DNA of 64,000 nt from Nitrospirota bacterium (GTDB lineage Bacteria > Nitrospirota > Nitrospiria > 2-01-FULL-66-17). Position 1 is the stretch's first letter; each line of letters starts with the position of its first letter. The notes under the pieces are model-generated. The model was given only the letters and a program-made list of their open reading frames with translations. It did not search any database and had not been told where the DNA came from. The stretch is from the NCBI GenBank assembly GCA_049325335.1, contig JBMOMC010000045.1, positions 154,898 to 218,897 on the forward strand. Reading direction: 5' to 3'. Shown piece after piece: positions 23,261 through 33,397 of this stretch. The translations under genes were made by a program, and so were the position numbers.

Positions 23261-23926
23261 CTATGCGCGTGCGTAGCGCGTCGTATCCTCCACCCCCGCC
23301 TCCGCGAACGCCTTGCGTCGCTCCGCGCACTTGTTGCACCGGCCGCAATGCCTGAGGCCGACCGGCCGGATGCAGGAGTACGTCAGGCCCCACGGCAGAT
23401 GGCGGTATTGCGCGATCACGTCGGTTTTGTGGAGCGCGCGAAAGGGCGTGTTGATCGGGATTGACGCGCTCAGGCCCTGCTGGATCGCGACGCTCATCGC
23501 ATCGAAGAACTCCGGTGTGGCGTCCGGAAACGGGTTGTCCATGAGCGGCCCCACCGCGAGCGCGTCCAGATCGTGGAGCGCGGCGTACACCGCGGCTTTG
23601 CTCAGCAATAAGAGGTTACGCCCCGGAAGATACACGGCGGGATCGAGGCTGTCGGCGTCGGGCACGTTGCGGCCCGTCAGGCTCCAGTGCCGGCCGTACA
23701 AATCAGCAACCGGCACATCCAGCACCACCGGCGCATCGAGCCGCGCGGACGCGAGGTGCGTCACGAGCCGGCCCAACCATCGGCGCTCGACCGATTCCCA
23801 CCGAAGGCCGGCCCGCACGTATAACGGGGTGACGCGGCTAAAACGCCCCAACGCCCAAGTAATGAGCGCGGCGCTCTCCACCCCGCCGCTGGTGAGCACG
23901 CCGATTTTCCCGGCCCGTCGCCCCAC
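23261..23926 (-). CDS. Divergent QueC-like PP-loop ATPase
   Basis: SGGVES PP-loop, YLPGRN, C-x8-CGRCNKC zinc site; FPDA in place of YPDC. Confidence 0.8.
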   Translation of the reverse strand: MGRRAGKIGVLTSGGVESAALITWALGRFSRVTPLYVRAGLRWESVERRWLGRLVTHLASARLDAPVVLDVPVADLYGRHWSLTGRNVPDADSLDPAVYLPGRNLLLLSKAAVYAALHDLDALAVGPLMDNPFPDATPEFFDAMSVAIQQGLSASIPINTPFRALHKTDVIAQYRHLPWGLTYSCIRPVGLRHCGRCNKCAERRKAFAEAGVEDTTRYARA

Positions 23927-23958
23927 GGAGGACTATTGGATCGGGCGACGCCGCGCGA

Positions 23959-24381
23959 TCATCCGGCCCTTGGGCTACGCGGCCGTTCGTACGTGGCGTA
24001 CGACGTTTCGGTCTCCCACAGCCGAACCTGCGTGAGCGGGAATCCGCGGGACTCCGCGAACTCGTAGATCAACTTCGCGATCGCTTCGGCCGTGGGGTTT
24101 TCATCCATCACGACCAACGGTTCGCCCATACCGCGCAAGGCCTCGACCAGGGGATCATCCTTGCGAAGCAGCATGCGATGATCGATCTCGCGGTCCAACC
24201 AGACTTGCACCGCAGACTTGATTTCGGAAAAATCGTAGACCATGCCCCGATGGTCGAGGGCTTCGGCCTCCAATTCGATCTCCACCGCGCCGTTGTGCCC
24301 GTGGGGCACGCGGCACTTGCCGTCGTAGTCCATCAGTCGATGGCCGTAACAAAACGTCAATCGCTTGGTGACTCGGTACAC
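23959..24381 (-). CDS. queD: 6-carboxytetrahydropterin synthase (PTPS/QueD)
   Basis: GHRL...CRVPHGHN, DH, NPTAE, LWET. Confidence 0.9.
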   Translation of the reverse strand: MYRVTKRLTFCYGHRLMDYDGKCRVPHGHNGAVEIELEAEALDHRGMVYDFSEIKSAVQVWLDREIDHRMLLRKDDPLVEALRGMGEPLVVMDENPTAEAIAKLIYEFAESRGFPLTQVRLWETETSYATYERPRSPRAG

Positions 24382-24398
24382 GGATTTACCTCGTGCTT

Positions 24399-25136
24399 CT
24401 ATGACGCAACAAAGCGCCCGCCATCAATGAGATACGTCCCGCCAGTTGCAAAATCGGTCCCTTCGATCAAAAACAGCACGGCCTGCACAATGTCCTCCGG
24501 CGATCCGATGCGCTGAAGCGGGGTTGCGCGCACCACCCGCTGGCGCTCGTCTTCGTCCATGTCTTCCGGCATGAGGATCGGGCCCGGCGCGATGCAGTTG
24601 ACCTGAATGGCGGGCGCGAGTTCCTGCGCGAGCGATTGGGTCAGCGCGATCACCCCAGCCTTGGACACGCAGTACGGCAAATACTCGGGGTACGGCCGCA
24701 TCCCGGCCCAGTCCGCGAAGTTGATGATCTTGCCCTCGCCCCGCGCGAGCATGTGGCCGGCCACGGCCTTGGCGCAGAGAAAGCTGCCTTTGAGATTGAT
24801 ATCGACTGTGAGGTCCCACTCGCTCTCGGTCAGTTGGGCGAACGGGGTCTTGAAATACACCGCTGCGTTGTTGATGAGCACGTCGATCCGGCCGAACCGC
24901 TCGATCGCGCTCGCCACCATACGCTGCACGTCGGCGGCGTTGGACACGTCGCCCGGCACGGCCAACGCGTCCACGCCCACACGCCGCAGTTCCTGGACCA
25001 CGCCCTGCGCATCCGCGTTGGAATACCGGTAGTTGATCACCAAATTGGCCCCGCGCCGCGCCACCGCGCGCGCCAAGTGGCTGCCGATACGCCTGGCCCC
25101 GCCGGTGATGAACACGGTTCGCTTTTCTAGGCGCAT
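24399..25136 (-). CDS. Pteridine-reductase-like SDR (FolM/PTR1 type)
   Basis: TGGARRIG with the Arg typical of pteridine reductases, NNAA, YCVSK, NCIAPG. Confidence 0.8.
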   Translation of the reverse strand: MRLEKRTVFITGGARRIGSHLARAVARRGANLVINYRYSNADAQGVVQELRRVGVDALAVPGDVSNAADVQRMVASAIERFGRIDVLINNAAVYFKTPFAQLTESEWDLTVDINLKGSFLCAKAVAGHMLARGEGKIINFADWAGMRPYPEYLPYCVSKAGVIALTQSLAQELAPAIQVNCIAPGPILMPEDMDEDERQRVVRATPLQRIGSPEDIVQAVLFLIEGTDFATGGTYLIDGGRFVAS

Positions 25137-25145
25137 AGGGAGGCG

Positions 25146-25174
25146 ATCTTAAAGGCTAGCGGTAATGGTGTCAA
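25146..25174 (-). promoter_or_regulatory. Promoter of the SDR-queD-queC-like operon (near-leaderless)
   Basis: TTGACA, 17 nt, TAAGAT, ending 9 nt before the ATG at 25136. Confidence 0.65.
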
Positions 25175-25273
25175 TCACCGCGAATCCGTAGGGGCATGGC
25201 GACATGGGGTCGCACGACAAATTGCTCTTTGCCCGGCCTTTTTGTATCATCACCCGGGATCGGACTGCCTGCT

Positions 25274-26305
25274 GTGGCCAAGGAAACCTACCGTAGTGCC
25301 GGCGTAGACATCGACGCCGGCGATCGCGTGGTCGAACTCATTAAGCCCCTGGTCAAGGCCACGTTCCGCCCCGAGGTGCTCACGGACCTGGGCGGATTCG
25401 CCGGACTCTTCCGGTTCGACAGCGCCAAATACCGCGAACCCGTGCTGGTCTCCGGCACCGACGGCGTGGGGACCAAACTCAAGATCGCCCAATTGATGCG
25501 CCGCCACGACACCATCGGGATCGACCTGGTGGCCATGTGCGTGAACGACATCGTGGTGTGCGGGGCCGAACCCTTGTTTTTCCTGGATTACTTCGCCACC
25601 GGCAAGCTCCATCCCGAAGAAGCCCGCGACGTGATCGGCGGCATCGCGGACGGGTGCCGGCAGGCCGGGTGCGCGCTCATCGGCGGGGAAACCGCGGAGA
25701 TGCCGTCGATGTATGCCGATGGGGAATACGATCTGGCTGGATTCGCGGTGGGCGTGGTGGATCGCCCCCGGATCATCGACGGCCGGTCCATCATTCCCGG
25801 CGACGCGATCATCGGCCTCGCCTCGAGCGGCCTGCACAGCAACGGGTACTCCCTGGTGCGAAAACTCCTGTTCGACGTCGAGGGGCTCGCGGTGGACGAT
25901 CGTCTGCCCGAGTTGGGCGGCGCATTGGGCCCCGTGTTGTTGACCCCGACGCGTATTTACGCCAAAACCGTGCTGAGTCTGGCGCAGACTCATTCCCTCA
26001 AGGGCATCGCGCACATCACGGGCGGCGGGATCACGGAAAATCTGCCTCGGGTGCTGCCGCCCGGGTGCGCCGCGGTGATCGACCCGCGCGCGTGGACGCC
26101 GCCGCCCATCTTTCAGGTGCTCCAATCGCGCGGCGAACTCGCGGACGAGGAGATGCGGCGCACCTTCAATATGGGCATCGGGTTGACGCTCGTAGTCGCG
26201 GCCGACGCCGCGCAGGCGGTGCGCACCGCGGCCGAGGCGTTCGGCGAGCGCGCGTTCCTGATCGGCCGCATCGAACCCGGCGAGCCTTCCGTACGGTATG
26301 CCTAA
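25274..26305 (+). CDS. purM: Phosphoribosylformylglycinamidine cyclo-ligase
   Basis: [33 protein letters not shown]. Confidence 0.96.
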   Translation: MAKETYRSAGVDIDAGDRVVELIKPLVKATFRPEVLTDLGGFAGLFRFDSAKYREPVLVSGTDGVGTKLKIAQLMRRHDTIGIDLVAMCVNDIVVCGAEPLFFLDYFATGKLHPEEARDVIGGIADGCRQAGCALIGGETAEMPSMYADGEYDLAGFAVGVVDRPRIIDGRSIIPGDAIIGLASSGLHSNGYSLVRKLLFDVEGLAVDDRLPELGGALGPVLLTPTRIYAKTVLSLAQTHSLKGIAHITGGGITENLPRVLPPGCAAVIDPRAWTPPPIFQVLQSRGELADEEMRRTFNMGIGLTLVVAADAAQAVRTAAEAFGERAFLIGRIEPGEPSVRYA

Positions 26306-26933
26306 AAAAACGATCACCCTCGGCGTGATGGCCTCCGGTCGCGGGAGCAATCTCCAGTCGATCCTCGACGCGATCGCGGCCGGACGGCTCGACGCCCAGG
26401 TCGCGCTGGTGATTAGTGATCGCGAGGACGCGGCCGCCTTGGATCGCGCGCGCGCGGCCGGCGTGCCCGCGCGGTACTTGAACCCGAAAGCGTTCCCGAA
26501 CCGCGAAGCGCACGATGTCGCGGCAGCCGACCTGCTGCGCGGCGCGGGCGTGGAATTGGTCGCGCTGGCCGGGTACATGCGGCTCATCACGCGCGCCCTG
26601 CTGGAGGCATTCCCCGATCGGATCATCAACGTGCACCCGTCGTTGCTGCCCGCGTTCCCGGGCCTGCACGCGCAGCGCCAAGCGGTCGACTACGGCGTGA
26701 AACTTGCGGGCTGTACCATCCATTTTGTAACCGAAGGCTTGGACAACGGAGCCATCATCCTCCAAGCCGCGGTACCGGTCCGGGATGACGACACCGAGGC
26801 CGTGCTCGCGGAGCGGATTCTCGCGGAGGAGCACCGCCTGCTGCCGGAAGCGCTCCAGTTGTACGCCGAAGGACGCCTCAGTCTGGACGGCCGCCGGGTT
26901 CGAATCGCGCCGCCCGCATCGGTGGTATTGTAA
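26298..26933 (+). CDS. purN: Phosphoribosylglycinamide formyltransferase
   Basis: [21 protein letters not shown]. Confidence 0.96.
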   Translation: MPKKTITLGVMASGRGSNLQSILDAIAAGRLDAQVALVISDREDAAALDRARAAGVPARYLNPKAFPNREAHDVAAADLLRGAGVELVALAGYMRLITRALLEAFPDRIINVHPSLLPAFPGLHAQRQAVDYGVKLAGCTIHFVTEGLDNGAIILQAAVPVRDDDTEAVLAERILAEEHRLLPEALQLYAEGRLSLDGRRVRIAPPASVVL

Positions 26934-26939
26934 GAGCCC

Positions 26940-27419
26940 ATGGACGCACACACCGCGGGGAACGAGTTGCGGCCCGAGGAATATCTCGAACTCGGGATCC
27001 TCTATGTTCGAGAGGGACGCTTCGAGGACGCAAACCGCGCGCTCAAACAAGCGGCCCTCAAGTACGGCGATCGGAGCGACAAACACGTCCCGCCGGTCTT
27101 GTTGTCGTACTACGGCCTCTGCCTGGTGGCGCTTCGACGCGACGCGGACCGCGGGCTCCGATACTGCAAACGCGCCGTCCATGAGGCTGAGGCGCGCCCC
27201 GATTTTTATTGGAACCTGGGCAAAGCGTACCTATTCCTCAAGAAGAAACCGGAAGCGATCACCGCGTTTCAACACGGCCTTGAGATCGACGACGATCCCC
27301 GCCTCCTCGCTGCGCTCAACCGCCTGGGCAGCCGGAAATTGCCCATGATCCCATTTTTGCCGCGCCGGCACTTCCTCAATCGGTATCTGGGTTTGTGGCG
27401 CTCCCGTCGTCGCCGATGA
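26940..27419 (+). CDS. TPR-repeat protein
   Basis: TPR-like helices (FYWNLGKAYL...AITAFQHGLEID). Confidence 0.75.
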   Translation: MDAHTAGNELRPEEYLELGILYVREGRFEDANRALKQAALKYGDRSDKHVPPVLLSYYGLCLVALRRDADRGLRYCKRAVHEAEARPDFYWNLGKAYLFLKKKPEAITAFQHGLEIDDDPRLLAALNRLGSRKLPMIPFLPRRHFLNRYLGLWRSRRRR

Positions 27420-27994
27420 TCCGAGCTCTCGTCGCGTTCGTCCTGGTATTGGGCGCCGCCCACGCCGCGTGGGCCGGTCCGCGCGACGGCCAATGGTGGT
27501 TGGCCGCGCCGGAATCCTTTCGACTCGGGTATGTCGCCGGCTATCTGGCCGGACGCGACGAGCAAGCGACGCGCTGGGGCGCGCTGGCGAACGACACCGC
27601 CGCGCAACTGCCGGAGGAAGCGCGCAGTCAGATCGAACCGGTCTTGGACGCGCTGCGCGAGAGCGACAAGGCCTTTGCGGACGTGACCTACGCGCAACTC
27701 GTCGAGCAGCTCGACGGGTTCTACCGCCCGGAGAAAAACCGACGCATCCCCTTGGAGCAAGCGCTCACCGTGGTCCGACAAGCCCTGGCCGGCGTGGATC
27801 AACCATACCTCTACTGCCAGGTGGAGTACTTCCGGCTCGCCCATAACAGCGAGATCCCCATGAAGGAACGGCTCGAAGCCCTGGGCAAGAAGGCCGCCGA
27901 GTGCGCGGAGATGAGCCCGCACAAAGATCTGGGTCCCGAGGGCGGCGTGGACGAGCGCTACGGTTTGCCCGAAGGACACCCCACAACCGAATAA
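27416..27994 (+). CDS. Hypothetical secreted protein
   Basis: Signal peptide ending AWA; ATGA overlap with the upstream gene. Confidence 0.7.
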   Translation: MIRALVAFVLVLGAAHAAWAGPRDGQWWLAAPESFRLGYVAGYLAGRDEQATRWGALANDTAAQLPEEARSQIEPVLDALRESDKAFADVTYAQLVEQLDGFYRPEKNRRIPLEQALTVVRQALAGVDQPYLYCQVEYFRLAHNSEIPMKERLEALGKKAAECAEMSPHKDLGPEGGVDERYGLPEGHPTTE

Positions 27995-28053
27995 CCCCGG
28001 TCGTTGCGCCGCCGCGTAAGTTTTGCTATGATCCGTCGCGCCGCCGTTGACGT

Positions 28054-28129
28054 GGGGGGTTAGCTCAGTTGGGAGAGCGGCTGGTTCGCAATCAGCAGGT
28101 CACCGGTTCGATCCCGGTACCCTCCACCA
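28054..28129 (+). tRNA. tRNA-Ala(CGC)
   Basis: 76 nt; acceptor GGGGGGT/ACCCTCC with G3:U70; anticodon loop TTCGCAA; GGTTCGATCC T-arm; encoded CCA; TTGCGC-17-TATGAT promoter upstream. Confidence 0.97.
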
Positions 28130-28199
28130 TTTTCTCCCCATATTTTCCTGTAGTTAGCCGCACTCAGCTCTCACCCCAGAAATCCCTCATCAGTCTAGC

Positions 28200-28218
28200 C
28201 GCTACCAGTTTGCTACCA
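28200..28218. repeat. Tandem GCTACCA repeat, putative integrase arm site (left)
   Basis: CGCTACCAGTTTGCTACCA, matching 46893-46911. Confidence 0.6.
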
Positions 28219-28224
28219 CTTCAC

Positions 28225-28419
28225 TCATCCGGTCGACACGAAACTGTCTAGTGGGCCGACTGGTCCGATCTCAGATGAAGTCTTTTTCTGATGTAATATC
28301 AACTTCTTGAACGACAAATTGTACGCCACTGCAAGGACGAAGGACGAGGCAGAAAATCTTGCTGAATAGCTCATAATCAGCAGGTTTTTCTGCCCATGTC
28401 TTAGATAGATCACTTTCAT
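28225..28419 (-). pseudogene. Truncated histidine phosphatase (cobC-like) stub
   Basis: ATGA-coupled to cbiA; MKVIYLRHGQ followed by unrelated AT-rich sequence. Confidence 0.6.
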
Positions 28420-29810
28420 TGTTTTTTTCCATCATGAGTGATTGACGGCGCGTCGCACCATCGCTTGACTATCGTGGGGTTGGATCCGAAGTGGAGATGG
28501 ACATAGCTGGCGACGACGTTTCGCGAGTGCCAGCCCTCCCGCCCTATCACCCGACCGGCTTTATCGAGCAGGCGATACGGGCGCGACCACTCCCCGGTCG
28601 GCTCCGGCTCATCGATCCATTCCGAGTAGTGGAATTCGTGCCCACGCGCACGTTCACCCTTGGTGAGAATGGGCAGGTCGGCCACGGCTTCCACCTCACG
28701 ATAACCCAGCGCCTTGCGCCTCGGGAGCATGCGGACTTCTCCAGGCAGGAGGCCGACCATTCGATGGCGGGTACCGTCCAACGTATGTAACGTTTGGCTG
28801 AGGTACATGAGGCCTCCACATTCGGCGTAGACCGAACCACCGCGTCGAACGAATTGTGTGATAGCCTCGCGCATCAGCTCACCGGCCGAAAGCGCTTCGG
28901 CGTGAAGTTCGGGATAACCGCCTCCAAGATAGAGGCCGTCAAGGTCCGGAGGAAGCGCCTCATCGTGCAAGGGGGAGAATGGGACGAGTTCCGCTCCCCC
29001 GGCTTCCAACAATTCGAGATTGTCGAGATAATAAAAGGAGAACGCCTCGTCGCGCGCCACGCCGATCCGGCAATGGTGCGGACGTTCGCTCTTCATGATC
29101 GGTGACTCGTCAAGCGGTGGAGCGTCTCCCGCCAAATGAAGAATGGTCCGGAGATCGAACCATCGGCGCGCGAGCTCGACGAGCCGCTCGTTCAGACCTG
29201 GCGTCATGATTGAGCGATCAGCGCCCACCAGACCGAGATGCCGTTCGGGGATGACGATTCCCGGGTCTACCGGCAGGCCGCCCAACACCTTCAGCGGCGT
29301 CGTGCGTTCCACCGCCTCGCGCAGCCAGGCCAGGTGGCGCTCACTCCCAACCCGGTTGAAGATCACGCCGGCCCACGGCACTTCCGAATCGTAGCGAACG
29401 CACCCCAGCGCCAACGCCGCCGCGGTCGTCGCCATGCCCGACGCGTCGATGACCAGGATGACCGGTGCCCCAAGCCACTTGGCCATCTGCGCCGTGCTGC
29501 CGATCTCGCTCCCCACCCACGCACCATCATAGAGGCCCATCACGCCTTCGATGATCGCCAGCGACGCACCCGCCGAGGCGCGCGCGAGCGATTGTTTGAC
29601 CACGGCCTCGCCCATCATCCACCCATCCAGATTTCTGCACGGTCGCGCCGCAGCCACAGTGTGGTGGGTCGGATCGAGATAATCCGGGCCAACTTTGAAC
29701 GGCTGAATGGGCAGTTTGCTGTCCCGCAACGCGAGCGTCAGGGCCAGCATGACCGTGGTTTTGCCCACGCCGCTATGCGTGCCGGCAACGATTAACCGGG
29801 GCAACTTCAC
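28416..29810 (-). CDS. cbiA: Cobyrinate a,c-diamide synthase
   Basis: GTHSGVGKTT, FKVGPDYLDP, IPERHLGL, GGGYPE, YAECGG, GHEFHYS. Confidence 0.95.
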   Translation of the reverse strand: MKLPRLIVAGTHSGVGKTTVMLALTLALRDSKLPIQPFKVGPDYLDPTHHTVAAARPCRNLDGWMMGEAVVKQSLARASAGASLAIIEGVMGLYDGAWVGSEIGSTAQMAKWLGAPVILVIDASGMATTAAALALGCVRYDSEVPWAGVIFNRVGSERHLAWLREAVERTTPLKVLGGLPVDPGIVIPERHLGLVGADRSIMTPGLNERLVELARRWFDLRTILHLAGDAPPLDESPIMKSERPHHCRIGVARDEAFSFYYLDNLELLEAGGAELVPFSPLHDEALPPDLDGLYLGGGYPELHAEALSAGELMREAITQFVRRGGSVYAECGGLMYLSQTLHTLDGTRHRMVGLLPGEVRMLPRRKALGYREVEAVADLPILTKGERARGHEFHYSEWIDEPEPTGEWSRPYRLLDKAGRVIGREGWHSRNVVASYVHLHFGSNPTIVKRWCDAPSITHDGKKQ

Positions 29811-30601
29811 GAAGGTTTCGCTTCGGACGGTGCTACGGCTTTTCGATAGCCGTGCGAGAACGCGGCATCGTAGAGACGCGATCGCGTACCCTGGACGTTC
29901 AAGAAGCGACCGATGAATATCAGCGCGGTCTTGGTGATCCCGGCTTGGCGCACGATCGTCACGAGGTCCGAGAGCACGCCCGTCACGACGCGCTCGTCCG
30001 GCCAACTGGCACGATAGACCACTGCGATCGGCGTGTCGGCGGTGTAGCCCGTCAATAGGTCAGCCTGGACCTGCTTAACTAGATTGGCGGAAAGAAAGAG
30101 GATCAGCGTGGCCCGGTGTCGAGCCAGCTCGCTGAGCCGTTCGGTCTCCGGCATCGGCGTGCGCCCTTCGGCCCGCGTCAGGATCACGGTCTGCACCGCC
30201 TCAGGCACGGTCAACTCGCGACCCAGCGTAGCCGCAGCCGCGAGAAATGAACTCACCCCGGGGACGATCTCCACGTCGAGACCCGAGGCGATCAAGGGTT
30301 GGGCCATTTCCCCCAACGCCCCGAAGATCCCGGGGTCGCCCGATGCGAGCCGAACCACGCGCTTACCGGACTTCGCGGCGTTGACCATGGTCTCCACGAT
30401 CTCTTCGAGCACCATGACGGCGCTGTCGTAGCGAAGGGTCTCGGGGCGCAGGAGCGCGAGCACCTCGGGACTGAGCAACGACCCCGCATACACGACCACG
30501 TCCGCTTCTTGCAACAGGCGCACACTTTTGACCGTCATCAATTCGGGATCGCCGGGCCCGGCCCCTACAATGGAGACGGGCCAGGTTTGGGTTGAAGTCA
30601 T
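29807..30601 (-). CDS. cbiF: Cobalt-precorrin-4 C11-methyltransferase
   Basis: VGAGPGDPEL, YAGSL, RLASGDP, ELTVPE, SRLYDAAFSHGYR. Confidence 0.93.
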   Translation of the reverse strand: MTSTQTWPVSIVGAGPGDPELMTVKSVRLLQEADVVVYAGSLLSPEVLALLRPETLRYDSAVMVLEEIVETMVNAAKSGKRVVRLASGDPGIFGALGEMAQPLIASGLDVEIVPGVSSFLAAAATLGRELTVPEAVQTVILTRAEGRTPMPETERLSELARHRATLILFLSANLVKQVQADLLTGYTADTPIAVVYRASWPDERVVTGVLSDLVTIVRQAGITKTALIFIGRFLNVQGTRSRLYDAAFSHGYRKAVAPSEAKPS

Positions 30602-31473
30602 GGCGTGCCGTCCCGCCGCCCCGCGCAAGGATCCGTTCCCGGCGTCCACCCCGCCGGGCGCGCGAGCGAGATGCCCGGCCGATCGACCTCTTGATAGAGC
30701 AGATCGCCCGACTCGATGTCGTATTTATTGGTGTAGCCCCGCGGGGTCACAAGATAGTCGCCAAAGCGCGTGGTGTTCGAATTGCCGATCAGGATCGTGG
30801 TCAGCATTCCGACTTCCGCGTCTTTCATGTGCTCCAGGGTCGAGAGCACAATGCGTTCCCCCTCGCGGTACGCGCTTTTCACCACCGCGATCGGCGTGGT
30901 CGGCGCCCGGTACTGCAAGAGAATCTCCTGCGCGCGACCCAGTTGCCACGTCCGCCGCTTGCTCTGCGGATTGTAGAGCGCGACCACGAAGTCTCCCCGC
31001 CCCGCCGCATCCAACCGCCGTTCGATGACCTCCCACGGCGTGAGCAGATCGCTCAAGCTGACCGCGGCGAAGTCATGGGTCAGCGGTGCGCCGATCCGCG
31101 CCGCCACCGAGGACAACGCGGTGACGCCCGGCACCACCTCCACCGGGAAATCGCGCCCCGTCTCCCACCCCGTCTCGCGCAGGACCTCGAACACCAGGCC
31201 CGCCATGCCGTAGATCCCCACATCGCCGCTGGAGACGACGGCGACCTTGCGTCCCGCGCGCGCCGCCTCCACCGCCGCCCGCGCGCGCTCGATCTCCTCG
31301 GTCATCCCGGTGGAGACGACCTCCTTGCCGTCCAGGAGATCAGCCACCAGGTCGATGTACGTCCTATAGCCGACGACCACCTCGGCCTCGCGAATCGCCT
31401 CGCGGGCGCGAATCGTCAAATGCTCGCCGTGGCCGGGCCCGAAGCCAACCAGTGACAATGTGCCTTGCGTCAT
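30598..31473 (-). CDS. cbiH: Precorrin-3B C17-methyltransferase
   Basis: VGFGPG, VVSSGDVGIYGMAG, HDFAAVSLSDLLTPW, TPRGY. Confidence 0.93.
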   Translation of the reverse strand: MTQGTLSLVGFGPGHGEHLTIRAREAIREAEVVVGYRTYIDLVADLLDGKEVVSTGMTEEIERARAAVEAARAGRKVAVVSSGDVGIYGMAGLVFEVLRETGWETGRDFPVEVVPGVTALSSVAARIGAPLTHDFAAVSLSDLLTPWEVIERRLDAAGRGDFVVALYNPQSKRRTWQLGRAQEILLQYRAPTTPIAVVKSAYREGERIVLSTLEHMKDAEVGMLTTILIGNSNTTRFGDYLVTPRGYTNKYDIESGDLLYQEVDRPGISLARPAGWTPGTDPCAGRRDGTP

Positions 31474-32567
31474 CGTGTCCCTCCTTGTCCCTCTCCGAAG
31501 ACGATTCGGCTGATCGCCAGCGTCGCCTTGATCGATTTGACCTTGGGCACCAACAGCCGGTCCCCCCGCGCGTAGACCAGCGATGCGGCCTCCGACACGC
31601 TGGGCACGCCGACCCATTTGCGCACCGTCTCGGATGGATTCTCCACCGCCTGAACGTTCGCCAACTCGTCCCTGGTATAGACCTTGAACTCCCAGCGATA
31701 TGTCTCGCACAGGCGGAGCAAGGCCGGCTCATCCCGCTTCTGCTCGATCGTCGCCAGGGTCTTCACGCTCGCAATCGCCAGGCCATGCCGCGCCAGCGTC
31801 TCTTTGACGAGCCCGTCGACCTCCTCGAAGCTCGCGCCCCGATCGCACCCCATCCCAAGCACCAGGCTCTTGGGGCGATAGATCACGCACCGTGACGCGA
31901 CGGGCGGCGGCAGGTCGAGCACGCGGTCACTGACGACCAGATACGCGCCGAAGACCGCGCCGCCCACCTCGTCCAGCGAGGCGAAGCGCTTGATCTGCGG
32001 CGGCAACGGTGTATCCCTCGTCCACCACGTCGGCTCGCCGGTCTCCTGAATGAACGCGATCGGCTCTTCATTGACCACCGCGGCGCTCACCCGCGTCACG
32101 TTCGCGTCGCCCTCCAGCGTCCAGCCCAGCTCGCGCCCCAGAATATCCACCGGGATCGTCTTGCCCACGTCCGACGCGGTGGTGATGACCGGCGTCGCGC
32201 CGAAGATGCGGGCTACCTGCTCGGTGAACGCGTTGGCCCCGCCCACGTGCCCCGACAGGACGCTGATGACGAATTGCGCGCGATCGTCCACCACCAGCAC
32301 GCCTGGATCGACGTGCTTATCCTTCAAATGCGGCGCGATCAGGCGCACCACCGCTCCCAGCGAGACCAGGAACACGATCTGCTTGTAGCGATGGAAAAAG
32401 CGGGCGATTTCCTCCTTGAGGGGCGCCTCCATTGCGATCACGCCAGGCTCATCAGCCCCGAGAAACTTCTTCGACGCAAGTAATTCGCTGCCGGGTAGCG
32501 CTGCGCGGAGCGTCCGGGCCAGCGCCAGGCCGTGTTTAGTGATGGCAACGATCGCGATGTCGGACAT
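31470..32567 (-). CDS. cbiG: Cobalt-precorrin-5A hydrolase
   Basis: GAVVRLIAP, DPGVLVVDD, LSGHVGGAN, VITTASD, LGMGC, SVSEAA. Confidence 0.93.
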   Translation of the reverse strand: MSDIAIVAITKHGLALARTLRAALPGSELLASKKFLGADEPGVIAMEAPLKEEIARFFHRYKQIVFLVSLGAVVRLIAPHLKDKHVDPGVLVVDDRAQFVISVLSGHVGGANAFTEQVARIFGATPVITTASDVGKTIPVDILGRELGWTLEGDANVTRVSAAVVNEEPIAFIQETGEPTWWTRDTPLPPQIKRFASLDEVGGAVFGAYLVVSDRVLDLPPPVASRCVIYRPKSLVLGMGCDRGASFEEVDGLVKETLARHGLAIASVKTLATIEQKRDEPALLRLCETYRWEFKVYTRDELANVQAVENPSETVRKWVGVPSVSEAASLVYARGDRLLVPKVKSIKATLAISRIVFGEGQGGTR

Positions 32568-32605
32568 GCATCCTCCTCTGTCAAGAAGAACAAGGAAAAC
32601 GTTCT

Positions 32606-32648
32606 TTGTTGTTTGTTGTTCGGACGAGCAACCGACAACCAACAACAA
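32606..32648. repeat. Imperfect low-complexity hairpin between cbiL and cbiG
   Basis: TTGTTGTTTGTTGTTCGG...CCGACAACCAACAACAA. Confidence 0.5.
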
Positions 32649-32659
32649 CTAACGCCTTT

Positions 32660-33397
32660 CTATGGCTTTTTCACGATCACCAGCGACAAATAGTTGAGCC
32701 GCTCGCCCTCGAGTTGCCGGAGGTCGGTCACGATCCGTTCATCCGGCGCGCCGCAGCGCTCGACGAAGACCGCCTGATCCAGCAGCCCCAGCTTCTCCAG
32801 CAGGGTCATCACCTTGGGCATCACACTGTTCACCTTGAGCAGGACCACGGTGTCGAAGTCCTCCAGCGCGCGCAGCAGAAACCCGTCGTCGTAGGTGGCG
32901 GGCAGCACCGCCAGCCGCTCGTCCGCCATCGCCAGCGGCATGCCGGTCCGCGCGGCCGCCGCCATCGGCGACGCCACCGCCGGGATCACCTCGATCGTCA
33001 CCCGGGGATACCGTCGGCGCATGATCCGGTCCATGTAGACGAACGTGCTGTAGAAGAATGGGTCGCCTTCGGTGATGAACGCCACGTCGCGCCCCGCGAG
33101 GAGGTCCCCGGCCATCGTCGCCGCCGACTCCTCCCAGATCGGCCGGAGGTGCTCCATGTCCTTCTCCATGGGAAAAAGCAGGCCGGTGAGCGACTGATCG
33201 GGCCGCACATGCCGTTCGATGATCTTCGACGCATAACTCTTCGCACCCGGCGCACAGGCCGGATAATAGATCGCGGGCACGGATTGCAGGACGCGGAGGG
33301 CCTTGAGCGTGATCAGCTCGGGATCCCCCGGACCCACGCCCACGCCGTAGAAGGTTCCCGGCTGCGCCGTCATCGAAGTTTCCGTTGTCTGTGTCAC
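32660..33397 (-). CDS. cbiL: Precorrin-2 C20-methyltransferase
   Basis: GVGVGPGDPELITLKA, LFPM, TEGDPFFYSTF, YLSLVIV. Confidence 0.93.
   Translation of the reverse strand: MTQTTETSMTAQPGTFYGVGVGPGDPELITLKALRVLQSVPAIYYPACAPGAKSYASKIIERHVRPDQSLTGLLFPMEKDMEHLRPIWEESAATMAGDLLAGRDVAFITEGDPFFYSTFVYMDRIMRRRYPRVTIEVIPAVASPMAAAARTGMPLAMADERLAVLPATYDDGFLLRALEDFDTVVLLKVNSVMPKVMTLLEKLGLLDQAVFVERCGAPDERIVTDLRQLEGERLNYLSLVIVKKP

Noticed and set aside
16668..25136. QueC/QueD next to an RM system as a 7-deazaguanine DNA-modification (Dpd) or Qat defence system
   Set aside because: No dpdA/tgt-like, queE, folE or qatABD genes are present. The que-like operon is convergent with the RM locus, has host-like composition and is divergent from core purM. 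Adjacency is most simply an RM insertion after rnc.
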